NCBI GenBank assembly: GCA_002104905.1
Contig: MCFE01000752.1
Location: forward strand, 1 to 39,242
DNA length: 39,242 bases
Origin: Basidiobolus meristosporus CBS 931.73
Taxonomy: Eukaryota; Fungi; Basidiobolomycota
Direction of reading: 5' to 3'
Part shown: positions 27,064 through 37,037 of the stretch, piece after piece
How positions within the stretch are numbered: the stretch's first letter is position 1
Layout of the letters: each line of letters opens with the position of its first letter
Translations under genes and position numbers: made by a program
Notes under the pieces: generated by a model
Told to the model about the DNA's origin: nothing
Seen by the model: only the letters and a program-made list of their open reading frames with translations
Database searches by the model: none

Positions 27064-28179
27064 ATGTTAGCGAAACCTTCCCTTGCTACTATTACACTTT
27101 CCACTCTTGCAACTCTATCAGTACTTCACGGGGTTTTGAGCGCTGTGGACCCCTCCCAACTTGGATGTAGTCCTTCTAATCCGTTGGTTCAATGCCCAGT
27201 AGGTTATTGTTGCTCTAAGCATGGCTTTTGTGGACAAAGCGACGACTTTTGCAAGGCAAACTGTGGTTTTCAATGTGACGGACATCCTGAGGCTAGTAAT
27301 GCGCCAGCTCCTCAGGTCGGGACTTACATCCATCAATGTAATATCCCTGGTACCGTTGCTATGACCTTTGACGATGGACCTCATACTCTAACTAACCAGT
27401 TGCTCGACACCCTCAAAGCTAAGGGCCTTCACGTCACCTTCTTCATCATTGGTAACACGTTAGAAAACGCCAATAACGGACCAATTTTGAAGAGAGCTTA
27501 CGATGAGGGTCATCACATCGCTCAACATACCTATAATCACATTGATACAGGCCTAAAGATTGTACCAGAGGCCGAAGTTCGTGCTGATTTGGCCAAAACT
27601 GAAGACGCAATTTATAAGATTATTGGGAAGCGTACTCGTTACTTCCGTCCCCCAACTGGTATCAGCTCACCTGAGCAACTCAAGATGATGACTGAGTTGG
27701 GATATCAAGTAATTCACTGGAACTTGGATACCAATGACTGGCGCCACAGAGATGCCCAAAAGGTTCGGGATGTTTATGCCCAGACCCTTCGCGGCATGGA
27801 TCCCAAGAAACATCAACTTCTTGCCCTACATCACGACATCCACGATGCTTCAGTTATTGCTGCACCTGATGTTATCAAGATGGTTGAAGATGCTTGCTTT
27901 AAAATTGTCACAGTTCCTGAATGTCTTGGGGATAAGCAATGGTACAAAGATGAGGGTGAGCATGCTGGCCATCGTGTTCCTTCAATTGATGCCAATTGTG
28001 TCCCCAAGTATCCTGAGTTGCCAGTAGTAACCCCTAACGCCACTTTATCAAGCGGACAACCAAGCCCTACCGGAAACGCGACCTCTGATGGCAAGGACGT
28101 AGGTAAGTCCGGCTCAACCGTAAATTTGCCCTCTCTTATTGTCAGCGGAATCATCTCAGCAGTGGTAGCACTGTTGTGA
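27064..28179 (+). CDS. Secreted/GPI-anchored chitin deacetylase-like protein (CBM18 hevein + CE4 NodB domain)
   Basis: Signal peptide; 8-Cys hevein domain (CCSKHGFCG); CE4 motifs TFDDGP, HTYNH, RYFRPP, DTNDW, LHHD; Ser/Thr linker and hydrophobic C-terminus. Intronless. Confidence 0.92.
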   Translation: MLAKPSLATITLSTLATLSVLHGVLSAVDPSQLGCSPSNPLVQCPVGYCCSKHGFCGQSDDFCKANCGFQCDGHPEASNAPAPQVGTYIHQCNIPGTVAMTFDDGPHTLTNQLLDTLKAKGLHVTFFIIGNTLENANNGPILKRAYDEGHHIAQHTYNHIDTGLKIVPEAEVRADLAKTEDAIYKIIGKRTRYFRPPTGISSPEQLKMMTELGYQVIHWNLDTNDWRHRDAQKVRDVYAQTLRGMDPKKHQLLALHHDIHDASVIAAPDVIKMVEDACFKIVTVPECLGDKQWYKDEGEHAGHRVPSIDANCVPKYPELPVVTPNATLSSGQPSPTGNATSDGKDVGKSGSTVNLPSLIVSGIISAVVALL

Positions 28180-28584
28180 ATTTAGTTTTGTATCCAATTA
28201 TTTCGTAACGCTCATTATTATCCATGTATTACTATGCATATCACTATTACAACTACTTGATACTTGACTCATTTATTAGAGAGGTTGGAAAGCTTCAATA
28301 TCTGGCATTTCGGCATGAATAAACCGAGGTTTCCATCTTAAATTATAATGTGCTCATTGTTCAGAGCATAAGCAAGCGCTATAATTGTTGTGTGCTTGTA
28401 TTATTCGGTGACGAGGTGCCTCCATTGCCATCATCATAAAGCCAACAATATTGATTCTTTTTAGAGTTGAATTGCATCGGAATTTAATACGGCACCTATA
28501 AATATCTAGTGGTGGTATCTTGTTTACAGCAGTTCAAACCTAACTCATCTAACTCTAACTCTAACACCATCTAATAATAGTAAA

Positions 28585-29010
28585 ATGAAAAATAGTTCCA
28601 TAATCTTGATTGTTATTCTTGCATTCGCCAACTTCATGTACACTTCCGAAGGGGTTGTAAGCGTAGACGGCACTTGTGGTGTTGGAGTTGAATGCCCGGC
28701 TGGATCTTGCTGTTCCCTCTGGGGATACTGTGGCTCCGGAGACGGCTTTTGCAATACGCAACATTCTAATATTCATTGGGTAAATGGCCAGCCTTTAACA
28801 CCATCAGCCACCTCACAAACAAGTAGTCAACAATCTGCCAGTCCAGTGGGACAGCCAATCAAGACTGACCAATTCGCTCAGAACGGGGTAGCTCAACAAA
28901 GCGGCAATATGAAGCCGGAAGATAAATATACAATGAGTTCCAGTGTCTCAGTAACTCCCGGATTTTTACTAATGTTTCTCGTCACTATTATGACTTGTAT
29001 ATTCCAGTGA
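28585..29010 (+). CDS. Small secreted hevein/CBM18 chitin-binding protein, probably GPI-anchored
   Basis: Signal peptide, DGTCG..CPAGSCCSLWGYCGSGDGFC, Ser/Gln/Thr-rich stalk, hydrophobic tail (FLLMFLVTIMTCIFQ). Confidence 0.85.
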   Translation: MKNSSIILIVILAFANFMYTSEGVVSVDGTCGVGVECPAGSCCSLWGYCGSGDGFCNTQHSNIHWVNGQPLTPSATSQTSSQQSASPVGQPIKTDQFAQNGVAQQSGNMKPEDKYTMSSSVSVTPGFLLMFLVTIMTCIFQ

Positions 29011-29777
29011 GGCTTATCAAACCGACTGCTCACAAGAGAGTTTGAAATGAAGCTTTTGCATGGTACATAGCTATCTTAATAGACATGCTTAGAGTGCACT
29101 TGTAGCCGAGAATACCTAGAAATAAATCCACTTTCAGTATTTATTGCTTTCGGTAGCCTATTCAGATGGCACCTGGTCAGAGAGCTGGATGACCGGCTGA
29201 ATCGTTTGATTAGACGGCAAAACGAAAGTTGGAGTGTTCGGGTCGTGACCACAATGGATAAAAAATCCTCAGTTCATTTTACGATTCTATCAGAACATTA
29301 GTGGTTGATTTTCGTGTTTCGCATGAACAGTAGTTTATAGGATTATCAAGCAATAGGCGGTAAATTGAATTACAATTAAATCCAATTATTCAATTGTCTC
29401 GAACGTATTATGTAGGAACGGATGCGGCAGCTGTATAGTGAGTGGATGAAAATATTTTAAATCGAATCCGTAGCCAAGATTACTAAGAAACCATCATCGG
29501 CCAATCATCTAGAGCGCCGCCTATGACCAATCAGCTTCAGGTAACGATCGGTTCCATAAGTTTTGGTTGGGCGATCTGCCAGGTTCGAATTGAGGCCATT
29601 TCCAAAAAAGCTTTATGACAGAACATATGAGAAATCACCAGAAAAGCCTGAAGCATATTACTGATCAATGGAAAGCTAGATCAGATGTGAGGTTCTACTT
29701 AAATATCGCCGATTCTATGACACATTGCTCATTATAGCTTACCAAGTCTCCCTAGCTCCTGTGGATGGACGAATAGC

Positions 29778-30917
29778 ATGTATCCGCCTTACACCGAGTT
29801 TTATCCGTACGAGGCTGTGTGCCAAATTCCAACTCAACGACGTAGAGTCCTTGAGCCTGTCTATTATGCCCCTTCGATTTCTACTTCACGTCGCTATGTG
29901 CATCCAGAAAATTACATAGAATATGTTTCACATCCTCGGTATTACCATACATCAAGTCCAAGCGAGCGGTATTTCACACAAAGCTCTAGATATCCGAGAG
30001 CTTTTGAGCCTGATGTTGGAAGATCCTACATCCACCCAAGCCATATAGATCGTGCTGCTAGCTTTACACCTGTTATAAACCAGATACGGCTACAGCCAGC
30101 AAGAGAGTCAAGCCAATACAAGCTTCTAAGGCCCAACAATGGCGCACTACCACTTGATTACATGCGCCAATCTCTTCCTCCACCTGAGGCTAGTTATGGC
30201 AACCCACGGAGAATTCACGGACAGAGACTGAACAACTCTGTACTGGACATGCATCATCTTGAGTATCATCCCGAATATAGGGTATCGGCCCGCGATTCCC
30301 TGAACAACCATGCAGCTCGTTATTCTGCGCAACCATGGTTGCAAAACGCTCTGTTACAACAAGAGCAGCATACACTAATGATGGAGAACCAAAAGAAGCG
30401 ATTAGAGGAAGAGAGAAGGATCCGGGCTATTCACCTTTTCATACTGAACAGGGCAACAAAAACGATTCAACGCCAGTGGCGACTCTACTGTGGGCGACGC
30501 CGAGTCAAAGCAGCTGAAACAATTGTAAACTTCATTATTTCTCAAAGAGAAATCCATCAGGCACGTAAAATCAAAAGTAGTCTCCGACAATTGCGCGACT
30601 ATGGCAAGGAGGTTGAGAAGATTCATGATAGTCAGATACCAAGAGTCTTCGAACACCCGCTGAAGTTTGATTGCTCTGCTGGGAGTGCTCAACAAGTTCC
30701 GCCAATCAAGGAGAACCAAATCTTTCTTGGATGCGAGGAAGCTTTGTTAAAAATGTTGGTCCGCATTGATGGAGTGGAAAGTATGGATTGTATGATAATA
30801 AGAGAGGTGCGAAAATCGCTGGTGCAAAAGGTTCAATCATTCCTTGATAAGCTTGATAATTATAAGGTAATTCAGTACGAGGAATATCTCCAAAAGCAGA
30901 TCAAGCAAGTTGCATAG
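29778..30917 (+). CDS. IQ-motif + BAG-domain co-chaperone
   Basis: Pro/Tyr/Ser-rich N-terminus, IQ-like ATKTIQRQWRLY, BAG helices FLGCEEALLKMLVRIDGVES..IREVRKSLVQKVQSFLDKLD. Confidence 0.8.
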   Translation: MYPPYTEFYPYEAVCQIPTQRRRVLEPVYYAPSISTSRRYVHPENYIEYVSHPRYYHTSSPSERYFTQSSRYPRAFEPDVGRSYIHPSHIDRAASFTPVINQIRLQPARESSQYKLLRPNNGALPLDYMRQSLPPPEASYGNPRRIHGQRLNNSVLDMHHLEYHPEYRVSARDSLNNHAARYSAQPWLQNALLQQEQHTLMMENQKKRLEEERRIRAIHLFILNRATKTIQRQWRLYCGRRRVKAAETIVNFIISQREIHQARKIKSSLRQLRDYGKEVEKIHDSQIPRVFEHPLKFDCSAGSAQQVPPIKENQIFLGCEEALLKMLVRIDGVESMDCMIIREVRKSLVQKVQSFLDKLDNYKVIQYEEYLQKQIKQVA

Positions 30918-31418
30918 TAACACATATTATTAATGAGATGATATGTACATAATCCTATAACTTGTCATTTTTAATTGGAATACAGACACATCGGATTAGA
31001 GAAACTCGATTATCAGTCTGATAAGCGAATAAATAATAACCAAGTACATTAGTAAATCGCATATCAATGGAACAATATTGTGTGATAGTCTGGTTCACTA
31101 AACCTTGAGTGGAACTATCAGACACCACAAAGGACTTCAGGATGAGGATGTTCCTGCAAAGGTTCGGAACAAGAAAAGCTTGTGAACACAGCGCAATGCA
31201 AAATAGGGCTATTGAAACAAAATATTCAATGATTAAATGTTTGGTTTACTGAATATCTTGTATCAAAATCTGAATATTGATTTTTGTGTGATCATCCTGG
31301 TCCTTGCATAGGAGCTTGAATCTCTCTGACCTTTCTCCAATGCAGCTTGCTTGAAAATGTAGGAAGGAAAATAAATCCACTACCAATGAAATGTTTCTTT
31401 TAATAATTCAACCTACAG

Positions 31419-31576
31419 TTGGGGGGGGAGAAAGTCACATACATGTAAGATTATTGATTTGAGCAAAGCAAAAAGGCTAGTGCAACTTTTGTTACTTCTT
31501 TACAAGAATATAGTGCCAATATGAGTTGGCATTTAGACATTAAAGAGTAAACAATAGCCCATCAACATTCTAAGGG
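31419..31576 (-). mobile_element. 3' fragment of divergent non-LTR retroelement (type C end)
   Basis: Begins tt-G8-ag-aaagTCACA-taca-TGTAA, the same terminal architecture as the other five ends. No coding remnant recognised. Confidence 0.55.
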
Positions 31577-31613
31577 TTAGGGGGGAGACAGTCACCAACA
31601 AGTGAAATCTTTA
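31577..31613 (-). mobile_element. 37-bp extreme 3' end of non-LTR family A
   Basis: ttaggggggagacagtcaccaacaagtgaaatcttta is near-identical to the family A termini at 35944 and 37038. Confidence 0.75.
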
Positions 31614-31882
31614 GGGGAGGGAAAGTCACCAAGTTAGTGAAATCTTTATTTGAGTAAAGAACTAATCTAAGTACAAATAAAGAAGCCAATTAAGAAGTCT
31701 AGAACCTCTCTAATAAGTAATCTAAATTATGTTTTGTTTCATCTCTAATGCTTGTTTCAATAAAGTAAAGCTCATCAGGGGTAAATATAAAATTCAAGGG
31801 TTTTGGGGGAAGTACAAATTGTAAATGTTTCTGATCAATATAATCCAAGACTGGAACCCAGCCTGGGATTAGGTGTAGTAGG
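31611..31882 (-). mobile_element. 3' fragment of RT-encoding non-LTR family B, cut by the copia LTR
   Basis: Conserved terminus. Encodes PGWVPVLDYIDQKHLQFVLPPKPLNFIFTPDEL, which aligns with the family A C-terminus PYHIPLINVVHKSFLPLLLPPLPLNSVLSTEEL. Confidence 0.7.
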
Positions 31883-32231
31883 TGTTGTAAGAGTCTTGGA
31901 GATATTGGAAGTGATTGGGAGAACAAGTAGATTATGTGGTTTTCACTTAATGATTTATTGAATGTAAAAGTAGTATTTATACTTTTACCTGGTCTTGGCA
32001 TTAAAAACACGTAGAATAGGTTAAGGAAGGTCCCAAGAACATGTGTGCAAAGTTTGGGGCTGTTTGGACAACTTTGAGAATTATCATGTTCTGGGTACCT
32101 GGTATTTTGGTGAAAATAATCTAAGTAAATCCCGACAAGGAATTTGGTCAGTATTCTCTAGGATTTGAAGGTAATGATCTAAGTGACTAAGTTAGGTGAA
32201 TATTTAGGTGGAAATACAAACTTTTACAACA
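31883..32231 (-). repeat. Ty1/copia 3' LTR (349 bp)
   Basis: TGTTGTAA...TTACAACA termini; TATAAATA and AATAAA on the minus strand; preceded in element sense by PPT GAGTGGGAG (32232-32240). Confidence 0.9.
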
Positions 32232-33650
32232 CTCCCACTCAGCTAAATGTTCATACTGACTAGTCCTAATTTTGACCTAAGATATTCAAACTTGTCTCTA
32301 GCTAATGGTTTGGTAAATATGTCTGCAATCATTTCATCTGTAGGACAGTAAACTAAGCTAACTAAGTTATTCTCTATAGCTTCACGTATGAAATGATGTC
32401 TAATATCTATGTGCTTGGTTCTAGCATGAAAAGTTGGATTTCTACCTAATTGTATACATCCTTGATTATCTTGAAATAAAGTAATAGGCGTTTTTTGACA
32501 TAGGCCTAAATCTGTAAACAGCTTTCTTAACCACATTGCTTCTTTTGTAGCTTCACAGGCTGCCATATACTCTGCCTCTGTGGTGGAAAGCGCTACGGTT
32601 GGTTGCTTTCTTGAATTCCATGAAATTGCTCCTTTACAATAAAGAAAGGTGTATCCTGTGGTGGATCTTCTGTCTTCTAAATTTCGTCCCCAATCAGCAT
32701 CAGAGTATCCCACAAGATCCTGTTCTGAGTCCTTATAAGTATATCTTAAGCAGATATCAGCAGTTCCTTTTAGGTATCTAAAAATCCGCTTAACTGCTGC
32801 AATATGATCAGATCCATAGTTCTGATTATGTTGGCTGACAACTCCCACCAAATATGAGATATCTGACATGTTCCAAGCATGATATACATCAGACTGCCGA
32901 CCATAGATTGATAAGGAAAGTCAGGGCTTTCAGATGGCACCAAGCTCTCTTGATTTGGTTGAGTTTTGACCAAGTTAAGGTTTGTCTACATTGGGGTAGC
33001 TGCCGGTTTACAGTCTTCCATTTTGTACTTCTTTAGTATATCTTGAATATACTTGGATTGGCTTAGGGTAATAGTCTGGGTACTTCTGTCTATGGAGAAC
33101 TTAATCTCTAAGTAGTAACTGAGTTCTCCTAGATCAGACATCTTGAACTCTTTAGATAGGCTGGATTTAGTCTCTTCCAATGTTTCTAGGTTATTGGCGG
33201 CTATAATAAGATCATCCACATATAGAGCTAATAGAACTGGATTTGCTCTATCTGGCTTATTGTATATACTATAGTCAGCATTACTTCTTTTGAAACTCAA
33301 AGATTCCAAATAAGAATCTATCTTGCAATTCCAGGCTCTCAGTGATTGTTTGAGACCATATAGTGACTTTTTAAGATTGCAGACCAAATAGGGGTTATCT
33401 TGGTCAATAAACCCATCAGGCTGGTCCATATACACATCCTCATCAAGTTCTCCATTCAAAAATGCAGTTTTTACATCCATTTGATGAATAAAAAACTTAT
33501 ATTTTGCTGCAATAGCCAATATTAATCTGATGGAATTAAACTTGGCTACCGGTGCAAAGGTCTCAGTATAGTCAAGTCCTTTTGTTTGAGAGTATCCTTT
33601 GGCTACAAGTCTTGCTTTGTATCTTTCAATTGTACCATCAGCCTTGTATT

Positions 33651-33999
33651 TGTTGTAAGAGTCTTGGAGATACTGGAAGTGATTGGGAGAACAAGTAGAT
33701 TATGTGGTTTTCACTTAATGATTTATTGAATGTAAAAGTGGTATTTATACTTTTACCTGGTCTTGGCATTGAAAACATGTAGAATAGGTTACGGAAGGTC
33801 CCAAGAACATGTGTGCAAAGTTTGGGGCTGTTTGAACAACTTTGAGAATTTTCATGTTCTGGGTACCTGATATTTTGGTGAAAATAATCTAAGTAAATCC
33901 CAACAAGGAATTTGGTCAGTATTCTCTAGGATTTGAAGGTGATGATCTAAGTGACTAAGTTAGGTGAATATTTAGGTGGAAATACAAATTTTTACAACA
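33651..33999 (-). repeat. Solo LTR of the same copia family inserted in RT, 5-bp TSD GTATT
   Basis: 349 bp, 11 substitutions versus 31883-32231 by eye; GTATT at 33646-33650 and 34000-34004. Removing LTR plus one TSD restores WVFKTKYKADGTIERYKARLVAKG. Confidence 0.92.
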
Positions 34000-35057
34000 G
34001 TATTTTGTCTTGAAGACCCATCTGCATCCAATTGATTTTTGGTTGATTGGTAATTTGACTAAGTCCCAAGTTTGATTTTCCATCAGGGCCTGATATTCCT
34101 CAGTCATTGCAGATCTCCAAAACTTTGTCTGAGGGCTATTTAGGGCCTCTTTTACAGTCTGGGGTTCATCAATATGGACTGAATAGGCATAGGCTAAGTT
34201 TGTACCCTCATTGATATAGTAATTTGGGCTATTTCTTGTCCGATCGGATCTCCAGGTATTTGATACTGGAATGATCACTTCTGGGATATTCCTGGGCACT
34301 GATTCTGGCTGAACCATGGTTGTAGAGTCCTCTGGAGTGAAAAAATTTTCATTGTTTTGCTCTGATTCAATCCTGACAATTGGTGGACTTGAGATCAAAT
34401 TTTTGTCATCATCTGATGTCATTTTTTGTGAAAATTTTGAATTTTCATCAAACAACACATCCCTGGACTTGATAAGCTTCTTTGCTTTGGTATTGTAGAG
34501 TCTGTATGCCTTACTCTCATTGCAGTAGCCCAAAAATATGCATTTTACACTTTTTGGCTCAAATTTTGACTGATTTCCGGCCAGTTTTTTGGCATATGCT
34601 GTACACCCAAATATTCTTAGAAGTTCTGCACTTGGTCTGTATCCATACCATGCTTCAAATGGAGTAGAATCACGAAGTATTCTGTTATAACTCCTATGTT
34701 TAATGTATACAGCAGTAGCAACTGATTCCGCCCAAAATTCATAGGATAATTTTTGATCATGGATCATAGATCTTACCATATCAATTATTGATCTGTTAGC
34801 TTGTTCTGCTACTCCATTTTGCTATGGGGAGTATGGTACAGTAGTCTCTTGCTTTATCCCATGAATTTTGCAGAAGTGGATGAAGAGTTTTGAGGTATAT
34901 TCTCCACCATTGTCAGAGCGTATTTTCTTGATTTTTTCACCAGTTTCTCTCTCCACCATGGCTTTAAACTCCCTGAGCTTAGACAGAGCTTCTTCCTTTC
35001 TCTCCATGAAGTAGACCCATGTGTATCTTGTATAATCATCAATAAAAGTGATTAAAT

Positions 35058-35943
35058 TTAGGGGGGGAGGGAAAGTCACCAAGGTAGGTGAAATCTTTAT
35101 TTGATTTCAGACAAGTCTAACTACAAATAAAGAAGCCAGCTGGGAATAGAAGATTCCCAAAGTAAACACCAAGTTGAATATGAATAAATCTAAGCTAAAG
35201 TTAAGGCAGTATCCCAAAGTACACTGGAGTTCAGGTTCATGGGGGAGTGAAGTAGATAAGCTTGAGAGATATAATAATCTTTGAGGAAGTGGGTAACAGC
35301 AGGTGAAGGGGAGTTTTTGATAAGTGAAGTGAATCTTGAGAGCAGAGATTCCTCTAATGAGAAGGTCTTGTAAACTGGAGAATCAGGAAACTCTTTAAAG
35401 GCATGGTCAGTAGGTTCCCAGTAAAACTGGTCAGAGACATTTTGAGAGAATTGTTTAGCAATACTTTTGTCAAGTACTACCTCCAGAGTGTGATGGTTGA
35501 TAAACCTCATGTTAACAATCTTGGACAAATTGTAACCTTGTTGCTTGAGATACATCCTATGCTCAGATATAGGAATAAACTCCACATTGGCAAAGTAGCA
35601 GACAGCCCAGTCAGTAGCAGGAGGCAAATCAGAAGTGGCAGGAAACTTTCTTTTAGTCTTGGGAGGAGCAGCAGGATGTCTTGAGGAAGCAGGAACAGGC
35701 TTTTTGACAGCTTCAGAGTAGGAAGAGTGAGCAGGAGCAGATGATTCTTGGGGAGTCTTGTTGACAGAAAGAGCTGGCAGAGAGACAATAGATTCTTGCA
35801 GATCAGAGAAGGCAGAAAACAGCTTTTGGACTTGTTTCTTGAGTAAAGCATTTTCAGCTTCAACAAGTGCAAGCCTTTCCTGAAGGAAGGAAATCTGAAG
35901 GGAATGGAGTGAAGGCATACAAAATAAGAAGAAGAGGGTAAGA
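35058..35943 (-). mobile_element. ORF1/gag-only non-autonomous non-LTR element with family B-type 3' end
   Basis: ~25-nt pyrimidine-rich leader, one 242-aa ORF, ~130-nt 3' UTR ending in the conserved hairpin-C7-TAA terminus; no RT. Confidence 0.7.
35190..35918 (-). CDS. LINE ORF1/gag-like protein (coiled coil + SYSEAVKK + RRM-like region)
   Basis: LQERLALVEAENALLKKQVQKL coiled coil; SYxxAV motif common in non-LTR ORF1s; YFANV...YLKQQGYNLSKIVNMRFINHHTLEVVL recalls ORF1-like proteins of early-diverging fungal LINEs. Intact and intronless. Confidence 0.6.
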   Translation of the reverse strand: MPSLHSLQISFLQERLALVEAENALLKKQVQKLFSAFSDLQESIVSLPALSVNKTPQESSAPAHSSYSEAVKKPVPASSRHPAAPPKTKRKFPATSDLPPATDWAVCYFANVEFIPISEHRMYLKQQGYNLSKIVNMRFINHHTLEVVLDKSIAKQFSQNVSDQFYWEPTDHAFKEFPDSPVYKTFSLEESLLSRFTSLIKNSPSPAVTHFLKDYYISQAYLLHSPMNLNSSVLWDTALTLA

Positions 35944-37037
35944 TAGGGGGGGGGAGACAGTCACCAACAGGTGAAATCTTTATTTCAGTTGAAACAAAGA
36001 AGCCAGCGCTACTGTTGTAGCTTTGATACAAGAGTGTGTAGCTGAGGGGAATTAGTAGGTAAGTTAATAAGAAGTGATGATAGTTCTTCAGTGCTCAAGA
36101 CACTGTTCAGTGGGAAGGGGGGTAGCAAGAGAGGTAAGAATGACTTGTGAACAACATTAATGAGGGGAATGTGATAAGGATTGATATTCATCATAAAGGG
36201 AGTGTGCTGCTGCAGATATTGCTGCCAAAGGTCTGTCAAGTACTTCAGGTAGGCCAGCTTGGGTTTTTCTGACTGCAGAATATAGTGAGCAAACTTCTTG
36301 ACTTCAGGATCTCCGAGTATAGTTCTCCAGCAGGAGCCAGGTGTTGTGTGGTGTGTTCTCTTCCAGGCCTTAATCAGTGGGTTGTTGCAGTTGTGAAGTC
36401 TGAGGTATAATCTGGTTCTAAGGTAGAGAAGTCTGATCTTATAGGGCATAAACCCAAAAGCACCAAGAATAGCATGTCTGTAGGGGCATTCAGGCAAATG
36501 AGGCACCAAGGAGGTAATGCACCATACTGCAAACTTGTCAAGCTTAGTGCAGTCTCTAGAAGTAAGAGAGAGAAGTGGTAAGCCAAATTCCAGGACAGGG
36601 AAGACAAACTGCTTGAGTAGAAGGAGGCAGCTGGGAGCTGAAGTTGTAGGAGGAGTAACAGCCAGTAGCTTGTGGAGTGCCTGTCTTGCCAGGATAATTC
36701 TCTTCTTCAGGTGTGCTCCAGAGTCTAGTCCAGTAGGAAGGAAAGGAAAGCCAAGATATGTAGCAGAAACCTGAGCAGGTAGAGTGGAGTTCTCCAAGTT
36801 GATGGGAGAGCCCAAAGGTACTGTCTTTGCAATGGAAAGCTGGAGATTATTCTTCTGCAGATACTGGTGGATGGTCTGGGAGTCTTGTTGCACATTGGAG
36901 GAGGATATTCTGATGTCATCAGCAAAGAGAGTAACCAGGCAGTCAGCTGAGAGTCTTGGGAAATCATTCAGGAAGATGGCAAACAGTATAGGACCAAGCA
37001 CAGAGCCTTGAACCACTCCATTAGGAACTGAGAACAC
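35944..37037 (-). mobile_element. 5'-truncated copy of non-LTR family A
   Basis: Matches 37039-38131 with 9 substitutions by eye (~99%); starts mid-RT at (A)VFSVPNGVVQG. Confidence 0.9.

Larger units (their letters stand above)
31883..35057 (-). mobile_element. Defective Ty1/copia LTR retrotransposon (IN-RT-RH-3'LTR); 5' part replaced or interrupted by non-LTR array
   Basis: IN: FIDDYTRY, IRSDNGGEY, QNGVAE, GCTAY..KFEPKSVKCIFLGY. RT: YKARLVAKGY, QMDVKTAFLNG, LYGLKQ, LYVDD. RH: GYSDADW, STTEAEY, RTKHIDIR, ADIFTKPL. IN-before-RT order is diagnostic of copia. Premature TAG at 34822-34824 and 32986-32988 and a frameshift near 32865. Confidence 0.95.

Noticed and set aside
28540-28566. (CTAACT)n short repeat, telomere-like
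   Set aside because: Only ~4 imperfect units in a 5' UTR; ordinary microsatellite.
31699-32010. 103-aa ORF
   Set aside because: Chimera of copia LTR sequence read into the family B C-terminus; not an independent gene.
35507-36031. 174-aa minus-strand ORF
   Set aside because: Out-of-frame read-through across the family A / ORF1-only junction.
36009-37037. 342-aa ORF as a separate gene or assembly duplication
   Set aside because: It is the truncated RT copy starting at a GTG created by the truncation. Nine substitutions argue against a pure assembly artefact.
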